Part shown: positions 7,924-14,631 of the stretch, piece by piece | How the letters are laid out: each line of letters begins with the position of its first letter | Numbering within the stretch: the first letter of the stretch is position 1 | NCBI GenBank assembly: GCA_017934955.1 | Contig: JAGBIO010000012.1 | Coordinates: 12,691-44,690, forward strand | Reading direction: 5' to 3' | Source: Clostridia bacterium | GTDB taxonomy: Bacteria > Bacillota > Clostridia > TANB77 > RGIG9151 | DNA: 32,000 nucleotides | Translations under genes and position numbers: made by a program | Notes under the pieces: model-generated | The model's input: the letters and a program-made list of their open reading frames with translations, nothing else | Told to the model about the DNA's origin: nothing | The model's database searches: none

Positions 7924-8487
7924 TTACTGCTTTTCAATTTGAATCTTAAGCTCATTGTTTTCAACTTTTGCGGAAATACGGACCGAACGGTCTAAGGAGT
8001 TTTTTATTTTTAAATCTTCTGCACCGTAAGATACGGTTGCATCTTTTCCTTCTTCAATATAAGGGACGTCTCGACTATGTTCGTGTCGTTCGATAATTTC
8101 TAAGTTTGCGGCGAGTGCTGCGTTATACAAAGTAGAGCTGATTTGGCAGATTCCGCCGCCGAGTCCTTTTTCTTTATTGCCATGTCCGTCGAAAATAATG
8201 GCTTTCTCATAACCTTTTTCACTGGTACGGCGCCCGATTCGGTCGTTAAAGGAAAACGTTTCGCCCGGCTTAATAATGGCGCCGTTTAGGCTGGATACTC
8301 CTAATTCGATATTGTTGAAGCGTTCCGGAGTTTTGTCGGTAATTTTTGTGGAAAAAGTGCCGATAACGGTTGCTTTTGAAAAGTCGGTATCATTTATCGT
8401 GTAGTTAATGTTTTGCGGTTGGTTTTGATTGTTTTGACATGCCGTTAGGCATAGTGTTAAAAACAATAAAGTTAAAATTTTTCTCAT
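7924..8487 (-). CDS. VanW-domain lipoprotein
   Basis: The signal peptide has lipobox LTAC (MRKILTLLFLTLCLTAC). The VanW-like core reads GETFSFNDRIGRRTSEKGYEKA...GGGICQISSTLYNAALAANLEIIERHEHS. RBS AGGAGG. Confidence 0.8.
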   Translation of the reverse strand: MRKILTLLFLTLCLTACQNNQNQPQNINYTINDTDFSKATVIGTFSTKITDKTPERFNNIELGVSSLNGAIIKPGETFSFNDRIGRRTSEKGYEKAIIFDGHGNKEKGLGGGICQISSTLYNAALAANLEIIERHEHSRDVPYIEEGKDATVSYGAEDLKIKNSLDRSVRISAKVENNELKIQIEKQ

Positions 8488-8514
8488 AAAATCCTCCTAA
8501 AATGCGGTTGAACA

Positions 8515-8704
8515 GTTACAGGTCAAACTCAAATTTATAGAGAAGGCACAAACACTGTAGGGACAGCATTTATGCTGTCCAAAGAAAAGGCAAAAAGCAG
8601 GACACAATAAATTGTGTCCCTACAATGATTGTGCCATTCTTGTAGGGGACGGCGTCCTCGACGTCCCGATATATTTGTAAAGAAATTTAAGTCCGAACTG
8701 TAAT
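8515..8704. mobile_element. MITE-like element D with a chimeric doublet (GC-type plus CA-variant) and a nested GC-rich hairpin
   Basis: - Left end GTTACAGGTCAAAC at 8515.
- Hairpins at 8557-8580 (GC type) and 8600-8623 (CA variant).
- GTAGGGGACGGCGTCCTCGACGTCCC at 8642-8667.
- Degenerate right end AAGTCCGAACTGTAAT ending about 8704. Confidence 0.75.
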
Positions 8705-8854
8705 GTTGATAATGTTTACTTAAAATTTAAGCTTGCATTTTTTTTATTTTTATAATAAAATCGAGCGGTATTTAGTCATATTTTTTGAATAAAGTGAATA
8801 AAACATACATAGAAAGAAATGGAGAGACAGTTAAGAAAAAAACGGAGAAAAAAT

Positions 8855-9673
8855 ATGGAACAAACAGTTTCGCGGTATCGCGTGCAAAGTCCGTATCGGA
8901 CACGTGTTGCTAATAAAGAACAAAAGGAAAGAATTTTAAAATATTGGGAAAAATTTGTTTTCCAAACGATTGTTAGTGCTGCTGTTTTGGCAACAGTGAT
9001 GTGTTGTAAGAATATTGAGATGGTTGTAAATTCTTCGCTTTGGGAGAATGCGGTGAAAATTGCGCAAACGGATTATACGGTAGAAGATATTAAAACACAG
9101 GTGAATAAAGGCTTAGAGTTTGTTGGAATTATGAAGAGTGCAGAGCCGGTTTTGACGGAAGAAATATCGACAGAGCCGGAAGTGAATTTGCAGGCAGCAG
9201 AGGAATCTAAAGTTGAAGAACCGAAGGAAGAAGCAGATCCTACCGAGAATATGACGCAGGAAGAGAAAGATGTTTATATGATTTTAAAATCGACTTCCGT
9301 ATTGCGTCCGGTAAATGGGGAAGTAACTTCGGAATATGGGGAAAGAGTGGATCCTATTACGAAAACGAGTAGCGTACATACCGGAGTGGACTTTTTAGCG
9401 GCGATCGGAACGCAGGTGAAGTCTGCCATTTCCGGAACGGTGGTGGAAGTTCAATATGGAAATAAGTCTTTCGGAAATTTTGTAAGAGTGAAAAATGCGG
9501 ATATTGTGACAACTTATGCGCATTGTTCACAGTTAAAGGTAAAAGAGGGGGATACGGTAAAGCAAGGGGATATTATTGCTTTATCCGGAAACACCGGAAA
9601 GTCCAGCGGACCTCATTTACACTTTGAAGTCACAAAAGCAGGAAGATTAGTGGATCCGATGAAATTGGTTTAA
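8855..9673 (+). CDS. M23 (LytM-type) metallopeptidase with N-terminal TM anchor; SpoIVFA-like genomic position
   Basis: Intact M23 motifs HTGVDF, SGNTGKSSGPHLHFEV and a TM helix. ATG 8855 follows GGAG by 7 nt, whereas the track start at 8819 has a poor RBS. It lies directly upstream of an M50 protease gene, as in spoIVFA-spoIVFB. Confidence 0.8.
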   Translation: MEQTVSRYRVQSPYRTRVANKEQKERILKYWEKFVFQTIVSAAVLATVMCCKNIEMVVNSSLWENAVKIAQTDYTVEDIKTQVNKGLEFVGIMKSAEPVLTEEISTEPEVNLQAAEESKVEEPKEEADPTENMTQEEKDVYMILKSTSVLRPVNGEVTSEYGERVDPITKTSSVHTGVDFLAAIGTQVKSAISGTVVEVQYGNKSFGNFVRVKNADIVTTYAHCSQLKVKEGDTVKQGDIIALSGNTGKSSGPHLHFEVTKAGRLVDPMKLV

Positions 9674-9689
9674 ATTTCGGAAGGGGACA

Positions 9690-10118
9690 ATGAAAATGAT
9701 TTTTCGAGTAAAGCATATCTATGTTACGGTAAGTCCCTTGTTTTTTGCAGTAGCGATCTGGGCGCTTTTGGCGGATAAAGCGGTTCCGTTTGGTCTATGT
9801 TTGATGGCGCTGTCTTTACATGAAATGGGACATATCGTAATGATATATTTGTTGCAGGAAAAAATTGCGATTTTTCGAATTATTCCGTTTGGCTTTTCCT
9901 GTCGATTGAAAAATCAGAGTAAGATTGTTCCTGAAAAGATGATAAAAATATTGTTTGCAGGTCCTGTCGTTAATTTTTTAACGGCGGGCCTGTTTTTTTT
10001 AGGGACAAAAGAGTTTGCGATGATGAATCTTTTATTGGGAATGTTTAATCTTTTGCCAATTGGCGAGTTGGATGGCGGGCGAATCTTTCAGATTGTTGAA
10101 ACGAAACGAGGAAAGTGA
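9690..10118 (+). CDS. Short M50 family site-2 protease-like membrane metalloprotease (SpoIVFB-like core, no C-terminal domain)
   Basis: HEMGH (HExxH) sits in a TM helix and NLLPIGELDGGR (NxxPxxxLDG) near the C-terminus. The protein is only 142 aa. The stop at 10116-10118 lies 7 intervening nt before a MITE-like element. Confidence 0.7.
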   Translation: MKMIFRVKHIYVTVSPLFFAVAIWALLADKAVPFGLCLMALSLHEMGHIVMIYLLQEKIAIFRIIPFGFSCRLKNQSKIVPEKMIKILFAGPVVNFLTAGLFFLGTKEFAMMNLLLGMFNLLPIGELDGGRIFQIVETKRGK

Positions 10119-10125
10119 CGAGAAC

Positions 10126-10280
10126 GTTACAGGTCAGACCATATTTCTCTACAATGATGGTACAATCATCGTAGGGACAGCATTCATGCTGTCCTGCTTT
10201 CTGCCTTTCCTGTGGACAGCATAAATGCTGTCCCTACACTAGATTGTGGCATTTTTATAAATTTAAGTCTGACCTGTAAC
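10126..10280. mobile_element. MITE-like element E (155 bp), best-preserved copy, inverted relative to D, G and H
   Basis: Perfect 14-bp terminal inverted repeats GTTACAGGTCAGAC (10126-10139) and GTCTGACCTGTAAC (10267-10280). The internal doublet is at 10171-10194 and 10214-10237. Confidence 0.8.
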
Positions 10281-10355
10281 AATAACAATATTTTCCTTGG
10301 AAAATATCTGGTCAAGTGTGAAAAATTATGCTAAAATAGCTTATGGTGATATAGA

Positions 10356-11357
10356 ATGAAAGAGATTGTTTGTCTTGCGATTGAGAGTAGTTGCGATGAG
10401 ACAGCTGCGGCGGTTGTGAGAGATGGAAGAATTGTAGAATCGAATGTGATTGTTTCGCAGATTGATATTCATAAAAAATACGGTGGCGTTGTCCCGGAAA
10501 TTGCATCGAGACAACATACCGAAAGCATTAATTTAGTAGTGGAAGAGGCATTAAAACAGGCAAACCGGACTTTTGACGATATCGATATCATCGGTGTAAC
10601 TGCCGGTCCGGGATTAATCGGTGCTTTACTGGTAGGTGTGTCAGCTGCGAAGGGACTTGCTTATGCACTAAAGAAGCCGTTGGTACCGGTGCATCATATT
10701 AAAGGGCATATTTTTGCAAATTTTATTGAGGATAAGAGCTTGGAACCGCCGTTTCTTTGCATGGTGGTATCCGGCGGACATACGCATTTAATTAAAGTAA
10801 AAAGCTATTCTGAGTTTGAAATTTTGGGAAAGACAATGGATGATGCGATTGGAGAGGCTTTTGACAAGGTGGCAAGAACGGTTGGCTTAGGTTATCCCGG
10901 AGGTCCGTTGGTAGATCAAGCAGCGCAGGAGGGACAAGATGTTTGCCATTTTCCTCGACCGGTATTTGAAAATTTAAATTTCAGCTTTAGCGGAATTAAA
11001 ACAGCGGTCATTAATTATGTCCATAAAACTCCGGAATTTAATATTAACGATGTTTGCAGAAGCTTTGAGGAAGCAGTAACGGATGTTGTAATCACCAATA
11101 TAAAAAGAGGAATGAAACAAGCCGGTATGAATAAGATTGCATTAGCGGGAGGAGTAGCGGCAAACCGGATGTTAAGAGAAAAATTGAAGAATTTTTGTGA
11201 AAAAAACGGATATCAATTTTACTATCCGGCGCCGGTTTTGTGTACCGATAATGCAGCGATGATTGGCTGCGCGGCATATTACGATTATTTGGATGGAAAA
11301 ACAGCGGATTTATCGCTAAATGCAACAGCGAATTTGAGCATTGAGAAGGATTTATAA
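10356..11357 (+). CDS. tsaD: tRNA N6-adenosine threonylcarbamoyltransferase TsaD
   Basis: LAIESSCDETAAAV, GGVVPEIASRQH, GPGLIGALLVG, VPVHHIKGH and SGGHT form a canonical Kae1/TsaD signature set over 333 aa. Confidence 0.95.
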   Translation: MKEIVCLAIESSCDETAAAVVRDGRIVESNVIVSQIDIHKKYGGVVPEIASRQHTESINLVVEEALKQANRTFDDIDIIGVTAGPGLIGALLVGVSAAKGLAYALKKPLVPVHHIKGHIFANFIEDKSLEPPFLCMVVSGGHTHLIKVKSYSEFEILGKTMDDAIGEAFDKVARTVGLGYPGGPLVDQAAQEGQDVCHFPRPVFENLNFSFSGIKTAVINYVHKTPEFNINDVCRSFEEAVTDVVITNIKRGMKQAGMNKIALAGGVAANRMLREKLKNFCEKNGYQFYYPAPVLCTDNAAMIGCAAYYDYLDGKTADLSLNATANLSIEKDL

Positions 11358-11372
11358 GGGTTTGTGTAAAAT

Positions 11373-11492
11373 GGACAGCATGAATGCTGTCCGTACAAAG
11401 GAAAGAGATACGATCAACATAGGGACAGCATGAATGCTGTCCGTACAGAGGGAAGCGGTACGATCAATGTAGGGACAGCATTTATGCTGTCC
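11373..11492. repeat. Tandem REP array F (3 hairpins, 50-bp period)
   Basis: Hairpins lie at 11373-11396, 11419-11446 and 11469-11492. The inter-hairpin segments AAAGGAAAGAGATACGATCAACA and AGAGGGAAGCGGTACGATCAATG are related to each other. Confidence 0.9.
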
Positions 11493-11553
11493 GGTGATAG
11501 GCAGAATGTAAATCGAGATGGCTGGTAAAAACACCTGTTTTGGAGGAATGAAT

Positions 11554-13692
11554 ATGGCAAAATGGGATTTTGAAAAGAGTGAAAAGAGAATGAATAAAGA
11601 TATGAAAAAGCGAAATAAAGCGGCGACGAAGAGACAAAAGCCGATGGGATGTGCGATTGTTTGGTCATTCTTATTAATCGGATTGTTTGCCGGATTGGGA
11701 GTGGCAGTGGCGATTATTGTGGGAATTTTGACTGATTCCCCGACAATTAATATTGAAGATTATCAGATTAAAAATATTTCTACCGTTTTCTATGACAGAG
11801 ACGGAAAAGAAACAGATACGGCGCATGGGGGCGAAAACAGAACAATTGAGTATTTGGATAAGATTCCGAAATATTTGCAGGATGCGTTTATCTCGATTGA
11901 AGACGAACGGTTTTATGAGCATAACGGTGTCGATCTTCAGAGAACGGCAGGTGCGATTTGGGGCTTTATTCGAACCTTTGGAAAGGGAACCTACGGTGGC
12001 AGTACCATTACCCAACAGCTTGTAAAGAACATGACGCAGGATAAGGCTGATGAAGGATTGGAAGGCGTTCTTCGAAAAGTGCGTGAGTGGTGGCGTGCTA
12101 CGATGATTGAACGAGAACTTTCAAAGGATCAGATTTTGGAATTATATCTAAATACGGTTTATTTCGGTAATTCGACTTATGGTGTCAAGGAAGCAGCAAA
12201 TCTGTATTTTTCGAAGGAAACGTCGGATTTGACTTTAGCAGAGTCAGCGTTACTTGCCGGGGTACCGAATCGACCGGTAAAATACGATCCGTTTACGAAT
12301 TTAGAGAATGCGAAGGCAAGACAGAAAGTTATTTTAGGGAAGATGAAGGAGCTTGGAAAGATTACGGAAGCGGAATACCAAGCCGCTTTGGAAGAAGAAA
12401 TTGTGATTAAGCGAGGGTTAAACTCTACCGGTTCCTCTCATTCATGGTTTATTGATGCGGTGATTGAAGACGTAATCAAGGATTTGCAAGAGAAAAAAGG
12501 AATGACGAAAGTAAGTGCGTCGAATTTAATTTATGGTGGCGGTTTGAAAATTTATACCACCATGGATTCTAAGGTGCAGGCTGCAATGGATCAGGTGTTT
12601 GTTACAGAGGATGCGACGATGTTTAAGGCGTTTGCGAATAAAGAAGAACAACCGCAAGCGGCAATGGTGGTAGAAGATTATAAGACCGGTCATATTTTAG
12701 GAATTGTAGGCGGTCGAGGCGAAAAAACATCTAAACGTGAGTTTAACAGAACGACGCAAGCCTATCGTCAGCCGGGTTCGACGATAAAGCCGTTAGCAAT
12801 TTACGGACCGGCGATAGAGGATAAAATAATTACGGCGGCGACGATTATATCGGATACCCCGCTTACGATTGAGATCCCGGGAAGTAAACCGTGGTCTCCG
12901 ACCAATTGGTATGGTAGTTATTATGGAAATGTTACGGTTCGATATGCGATTGAGCAGTCGATGAATGTTCCTGCTGCTCGCGTGTTGCAGATGATAGGAT
13001 TAAATAGAGCTTATCAAGCATTAGAGGAGGAAGGAATTACGACTCTTCAGAAAGAAGATTTAAATTATGCGCCGCTTTCTTTGGGTGGCTTAAATAAGGG
13101 CGTTACCGTTCGTGAATGGACCGGAGCCTATGGAATGATTGCAAACGGTGGTATTTATAATCAGCCGATTACTTACACAAAAGTTGAAGATGCGAACGGA
13201 ACGATTATTTTACAGAATAAGAGGAAGGAAAAAAGAGTATTTAGTTCCGGAACGGCATATGTGTTAACGGATATCATGAAGGGTGTTATAACAAAAGGGA
13301 CAGCACGTTCGGCGCGATTAGAAAACAGTGTAGCTGCCGGAAAGACCGGCTCGACAACCGGTACCAAGGATAAATGGTTTGTAGGGTATACCCCGTATTA
13401 TGTAGCGGCAGTGTGGTTTGGATATGATGAACCGAAAGTAATGGATGTTGGTGGAGAAGTTGGTAAACAGATTTGGAAGAAGGTTATGGATATTCTTCAT
13501 AAAGATTTACCGAGTATTGATTTTTCGATTCCGGAGGATGTGCAGCAAATCGGTATTTGCAGTGTTTCCGGTAAGAGAACGACTTCTTATTGCAGCGGTT
13601 ACGGGAAGAATGAATGGTTTGTGAAGGGAAGCGAGCCGACCGGTTATTGTACCTACCATTCGGCGCCGTCCTATTATCCGGAAGGAATATAG
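11554..13692 (+). CDS. Class A penicillin-binding protein (bifunctional glycosyltransferase GT51 / transpeptidase, PBP1A-type)
   Basis: TM anchor plus GT51 motifs (AFISIEDERFYEHNGVD, GGSTITQQLVKN, RKVREW), transpeptidase STIKP, and KTGST. ATG 11554 lies 7 nt after GGAGGA. Confidence 0.9.
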   Translation: MAKWDFEKSEKRMNKDMKKRNKAATKRQKPMGCAIVWSFLLIGLFAGLGVAVAIIVGILTDSPTINIEDYQIKNISTVFYDRDGKETDTAHGGENRTIEYLDKIPKYLQDAFISIEDERFYEHNGVDLQRTAGAIWGFIRTFGKGTYGGSTITQQLVKNMTQDKADEGLEGVLRKVREWWRATMIERELSKDQILELYLNTVYFGNSTYGVKEAANLYFSKETSDLTLAESALLAGVPNRPVKYDPFTNLENAKARQKVILGKMKELGKITEAEYQAALEEEIVIKRGLNSTGSSHSWFIDAVIEDVIKDLQEKKGMTKVSASNLIYGGGLKIYTTMDSKVQAAMDQVFVTEDATMFKAFANKEEQPQAAMVVEDYKTGHILGIVGGRGEKTSKREFNRTTQAYRQPGSTIKPLAIYGPAIEDKIITAATIISDTPLTIEIPGSKPWSPTNWYGSYYGNVTVRYAIEQSMNVPAARVLQMIGLNRAYQALEEEGITTLQKEDLNYAPLSLGGLNKGVTVREWTGAYGMIANGGIYNQPITYTKVEDANGTIILQNKRKEKRVFSSGTAYVLTDIMKGVITKGTARSARLENSVAAGKTGSTTGTKDKWFVGYTPYYVAAVWFGYDEPKVMDVGGEVGKQIWKKVMDILHKDLPSIDFSIPEDVQQIGICSVSGKRTTSYCSGYGKNEWFVKGSEPTGYCTYHSAPSYYPEGI

Positions 13693-13702
13693 GAGGTAAG
13701 CG

Positions 13703-13870
13703 ATGGAACACGAAGTTGGTCAGCTTATAAAATTAAAAAAACAGCATCCTTGCGGTTCTTTTGAGTGGGAGATTTTAAGAGTCGGCGTAGATTATCGGAT
13801 TCAATGTAAAAAATGTGGGCATATTTTATTGATTCCTCGGATTAAAATTTTAAAAATGATAAAAGGGTAA
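13703..13870 (+). CDS. DUF951 family small protein (55 aa)
   Basis: Not in the ORF track because it is under 60 aa. The translation is MEHEVGQLIKLKKQHPCGSFEWEILRVGVDYRIQCKKCGHILLIPRIKILKMIKG. It has the HPCGS..W.I.R.G.D.R..C..CGH motif I recognise as DUF951. RBS AGGAGG overlaps the PBP stop, and a terminator follows. Confidence 0.75.
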   Translation: MEHEVGQLIKLKKQHPCGSFEWEILRVGVDYRIQCKKCGHILLIPRIKILKMIKG

Positions 13871-13873
13871 AAA

Positions 13874-13917
13874 GGAAAACAGTCTGTCAGAACTTCAACA
13901 GACTGTTTTCCTTTTTT
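13874..13917. terminator. Bidirectional intrinsic terminator between the DUF951 gene and the convergent Cys-rich peptide gene
   Basis: Perfect 14-bp stem GGAAAACAGTCTGT / ACAGACTGTTTTCC, with an A-run upstream and T6 downstream. Confidence 0.85.
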
Positions 13918-13924
13918 GGCTCAC

Positions 13925-14044
13925 TTAGCATCCGCAACCATTATCATTGCATCCGCCGAATCCGTTACCACAGCAACAGCAAATGATGATAAGGATAAGT
14001 ATAATCCAAAGACAGCCGTTGTTTCCACATCCGCAGTTATTCAT
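13925..14044 (-). CDS. Tiny Cys/Gly/Asn-rich membrane peptide (39 aa), possibly a YjcZ-like sporulation peptide
   Basis: Not in the ORF track. The translation is MNNCGCGNNGCLWIILILIIICCCCGNGFGGCNDNGCGC. A strong RBS GGGGGTGAG lies 6 nt upstream, and it ends at the bidirectional terminator 13874-13917. The hydrophobic core flanked by CGCG-type ends resembles tiny Firmicute sporulation peptides. Confidence 0.55.
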   Translation of the reverse strand: MNNCGCGNNGCLWIILILIIICCCCGNGFGGCNDNGCGC

Positions 14045-14165
14045 TAAGTCTCACCCCCTGTGTCGTTCGATAGTATATAGTATGATAGTTTGAAAAGATG
14101 TGTTACAAAATTTACAAGGAAAAATAAAAAGGACAGCATTACGGAAGCATGATGACACAAAAAGA

Positions 14166-14194
14166 TTGATTTCATTGACATAATATGGTATAAT
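14166..14194 (+). promoter_or_regulatory. SigmaA-type promoter with extended -10 for the riboswitch leader and giant-protein operon
   Basis: TTGATT (14166-14171), a 17-nt spacer, then TGgTATAAT (14186-14194). This is the only strong + strand promoter I can see upstream of 14632. Confidence 0.6.
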
Positions 14195-14236
14195 GATTTT
14201 ATAGAAATAATACGTTTTTGACGTAAGAAAAATTTT

Positions 14237-14390
14237 GTTACAATTCAGACTCAAATTTGTAGAGAAAGCACAAACCCTGTAGGGACAGCATTTATGCTGT
14301 CCACAGAAAAGGCAGAAAGCAAGACAGCATAAATGCTGTCCCTACAATGGTCGCACCATCGTTGTAGGACGATACAGTCTGACCTGTAAC
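14237..14390. mobile_element. MITE-like element G (154 bp) inside the riboswitch leader
   Basis: The ends are GTTACAATTCAGAC (14237-14250) and GTCTGACCTGTAAC (14377-14390). Hairpins lie at 14279-14302 and 14322-14345, the second with one G-to-A change. AAAATTTT flanks both ends. Confidence 0.8.
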
Positions 14391-14411
14391 AAAATTTTTA
14401 ATTAATAAAAA

Positions 14412-14530
14412 TAAGGAAAAAGGCAAATTTTACGAAAGTAAGAGACGCAAAGTCACGAGACTAAGGTATGTCGGTGGGTACAATATTCAAACGCCGGATA
14501 CTATGTTGGTCGGACCGCCGTAAAAAGGGA
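14412..14530 (+). promoter_or_regulatory. Candidate c-di-GMP-I (GEMM) riboswitch aptamer
   Basis: Elements seen in order:
- GGCAAA at 14422-14427.
- Helix UUUAC/GUAAG capped by a GAAA tetraloop at 14429-14442.
- GACGCAAAG at 14444-14452.
- Second helix GUC/GAC (14452-14454 with 14513-14515) and GAC/GUC (14459-14461 with 14509-14511).
- These enclose a UAAG (14462-14465) / UAUG (14502-14505) tetraloop-receptor-like loop.
- Distal GUAU/AUAC pairing.
- A 3' CGGACCGCC that can close on GGC.
The match is to my recalled consensus, not a covariance-model score. Confidence 0.6.
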
Positions 14531-14533
14531 AGT

Positions 14534-14577
14534 CAGAGTGTTCATCGGCGATTCGATTTACACTCTGTTTTATTTTT
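14534..14577 (+). terminator. Intrinsic terminator (putative riboswitch expression platform)
   Basis: CAGAGTGT (14534-14541) pairs with ACACTCTG (14560-14567), with extra ATCG/CGAT pairing in the loop. It is followed by TTTTATTTTT and lies 55 nt upstream of the operon start codon. Confidence 0.75.
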
Positions 14578-14631
14578 AAATAAGAAATAACCGATAAAAA
14601 GACCGATGGAGTTTATTAGGAGAGGGTGGCT

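Noticed and set aside
8733-8756. TTGCAT ... TATAAT pair upstream of the M23 peptidase gene.
   Set aside because: The hexamers are only 12 nt apart, which is incompatible with sigmaA spacing. A CATACATA box at 8804-8811 resembles a sigmaE/K -10 but lacks a convincing -35, so no promoter is called.
11373-11492. Possible mini-CRISPR array: 24-28-nt palindromic repeats at regular 49-50-bp spacing. The same pattern occurs at 28084-28204.
   Set aside because: There are only three repeats. The 'spacers' are 21-23 nt and homologous to each other, differing at one position at 28111-28180. The repeat is the same dispersed REP hairpin found in 11 intergenic sites, and no cas genes are present.
14175-14194. 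Perfect TTGACA (14175-14180) next to TATAAT.
   Set aside because: The spacer is only 8 nt. The functional -35 is more plausibly TTGATT at 14166-14171, which gives a 17-nt spacer and an extended -10.
14051-14254. 67-aa minus-strand ORF upstream of the Cys-rich peptide gene.
   Set aside because: It lies in an AT-rich promoter region, has no RBS and a low-complexity Ile/Phe/Tyr-rich product, and overlaps the + strand promoter at 14166-14194.
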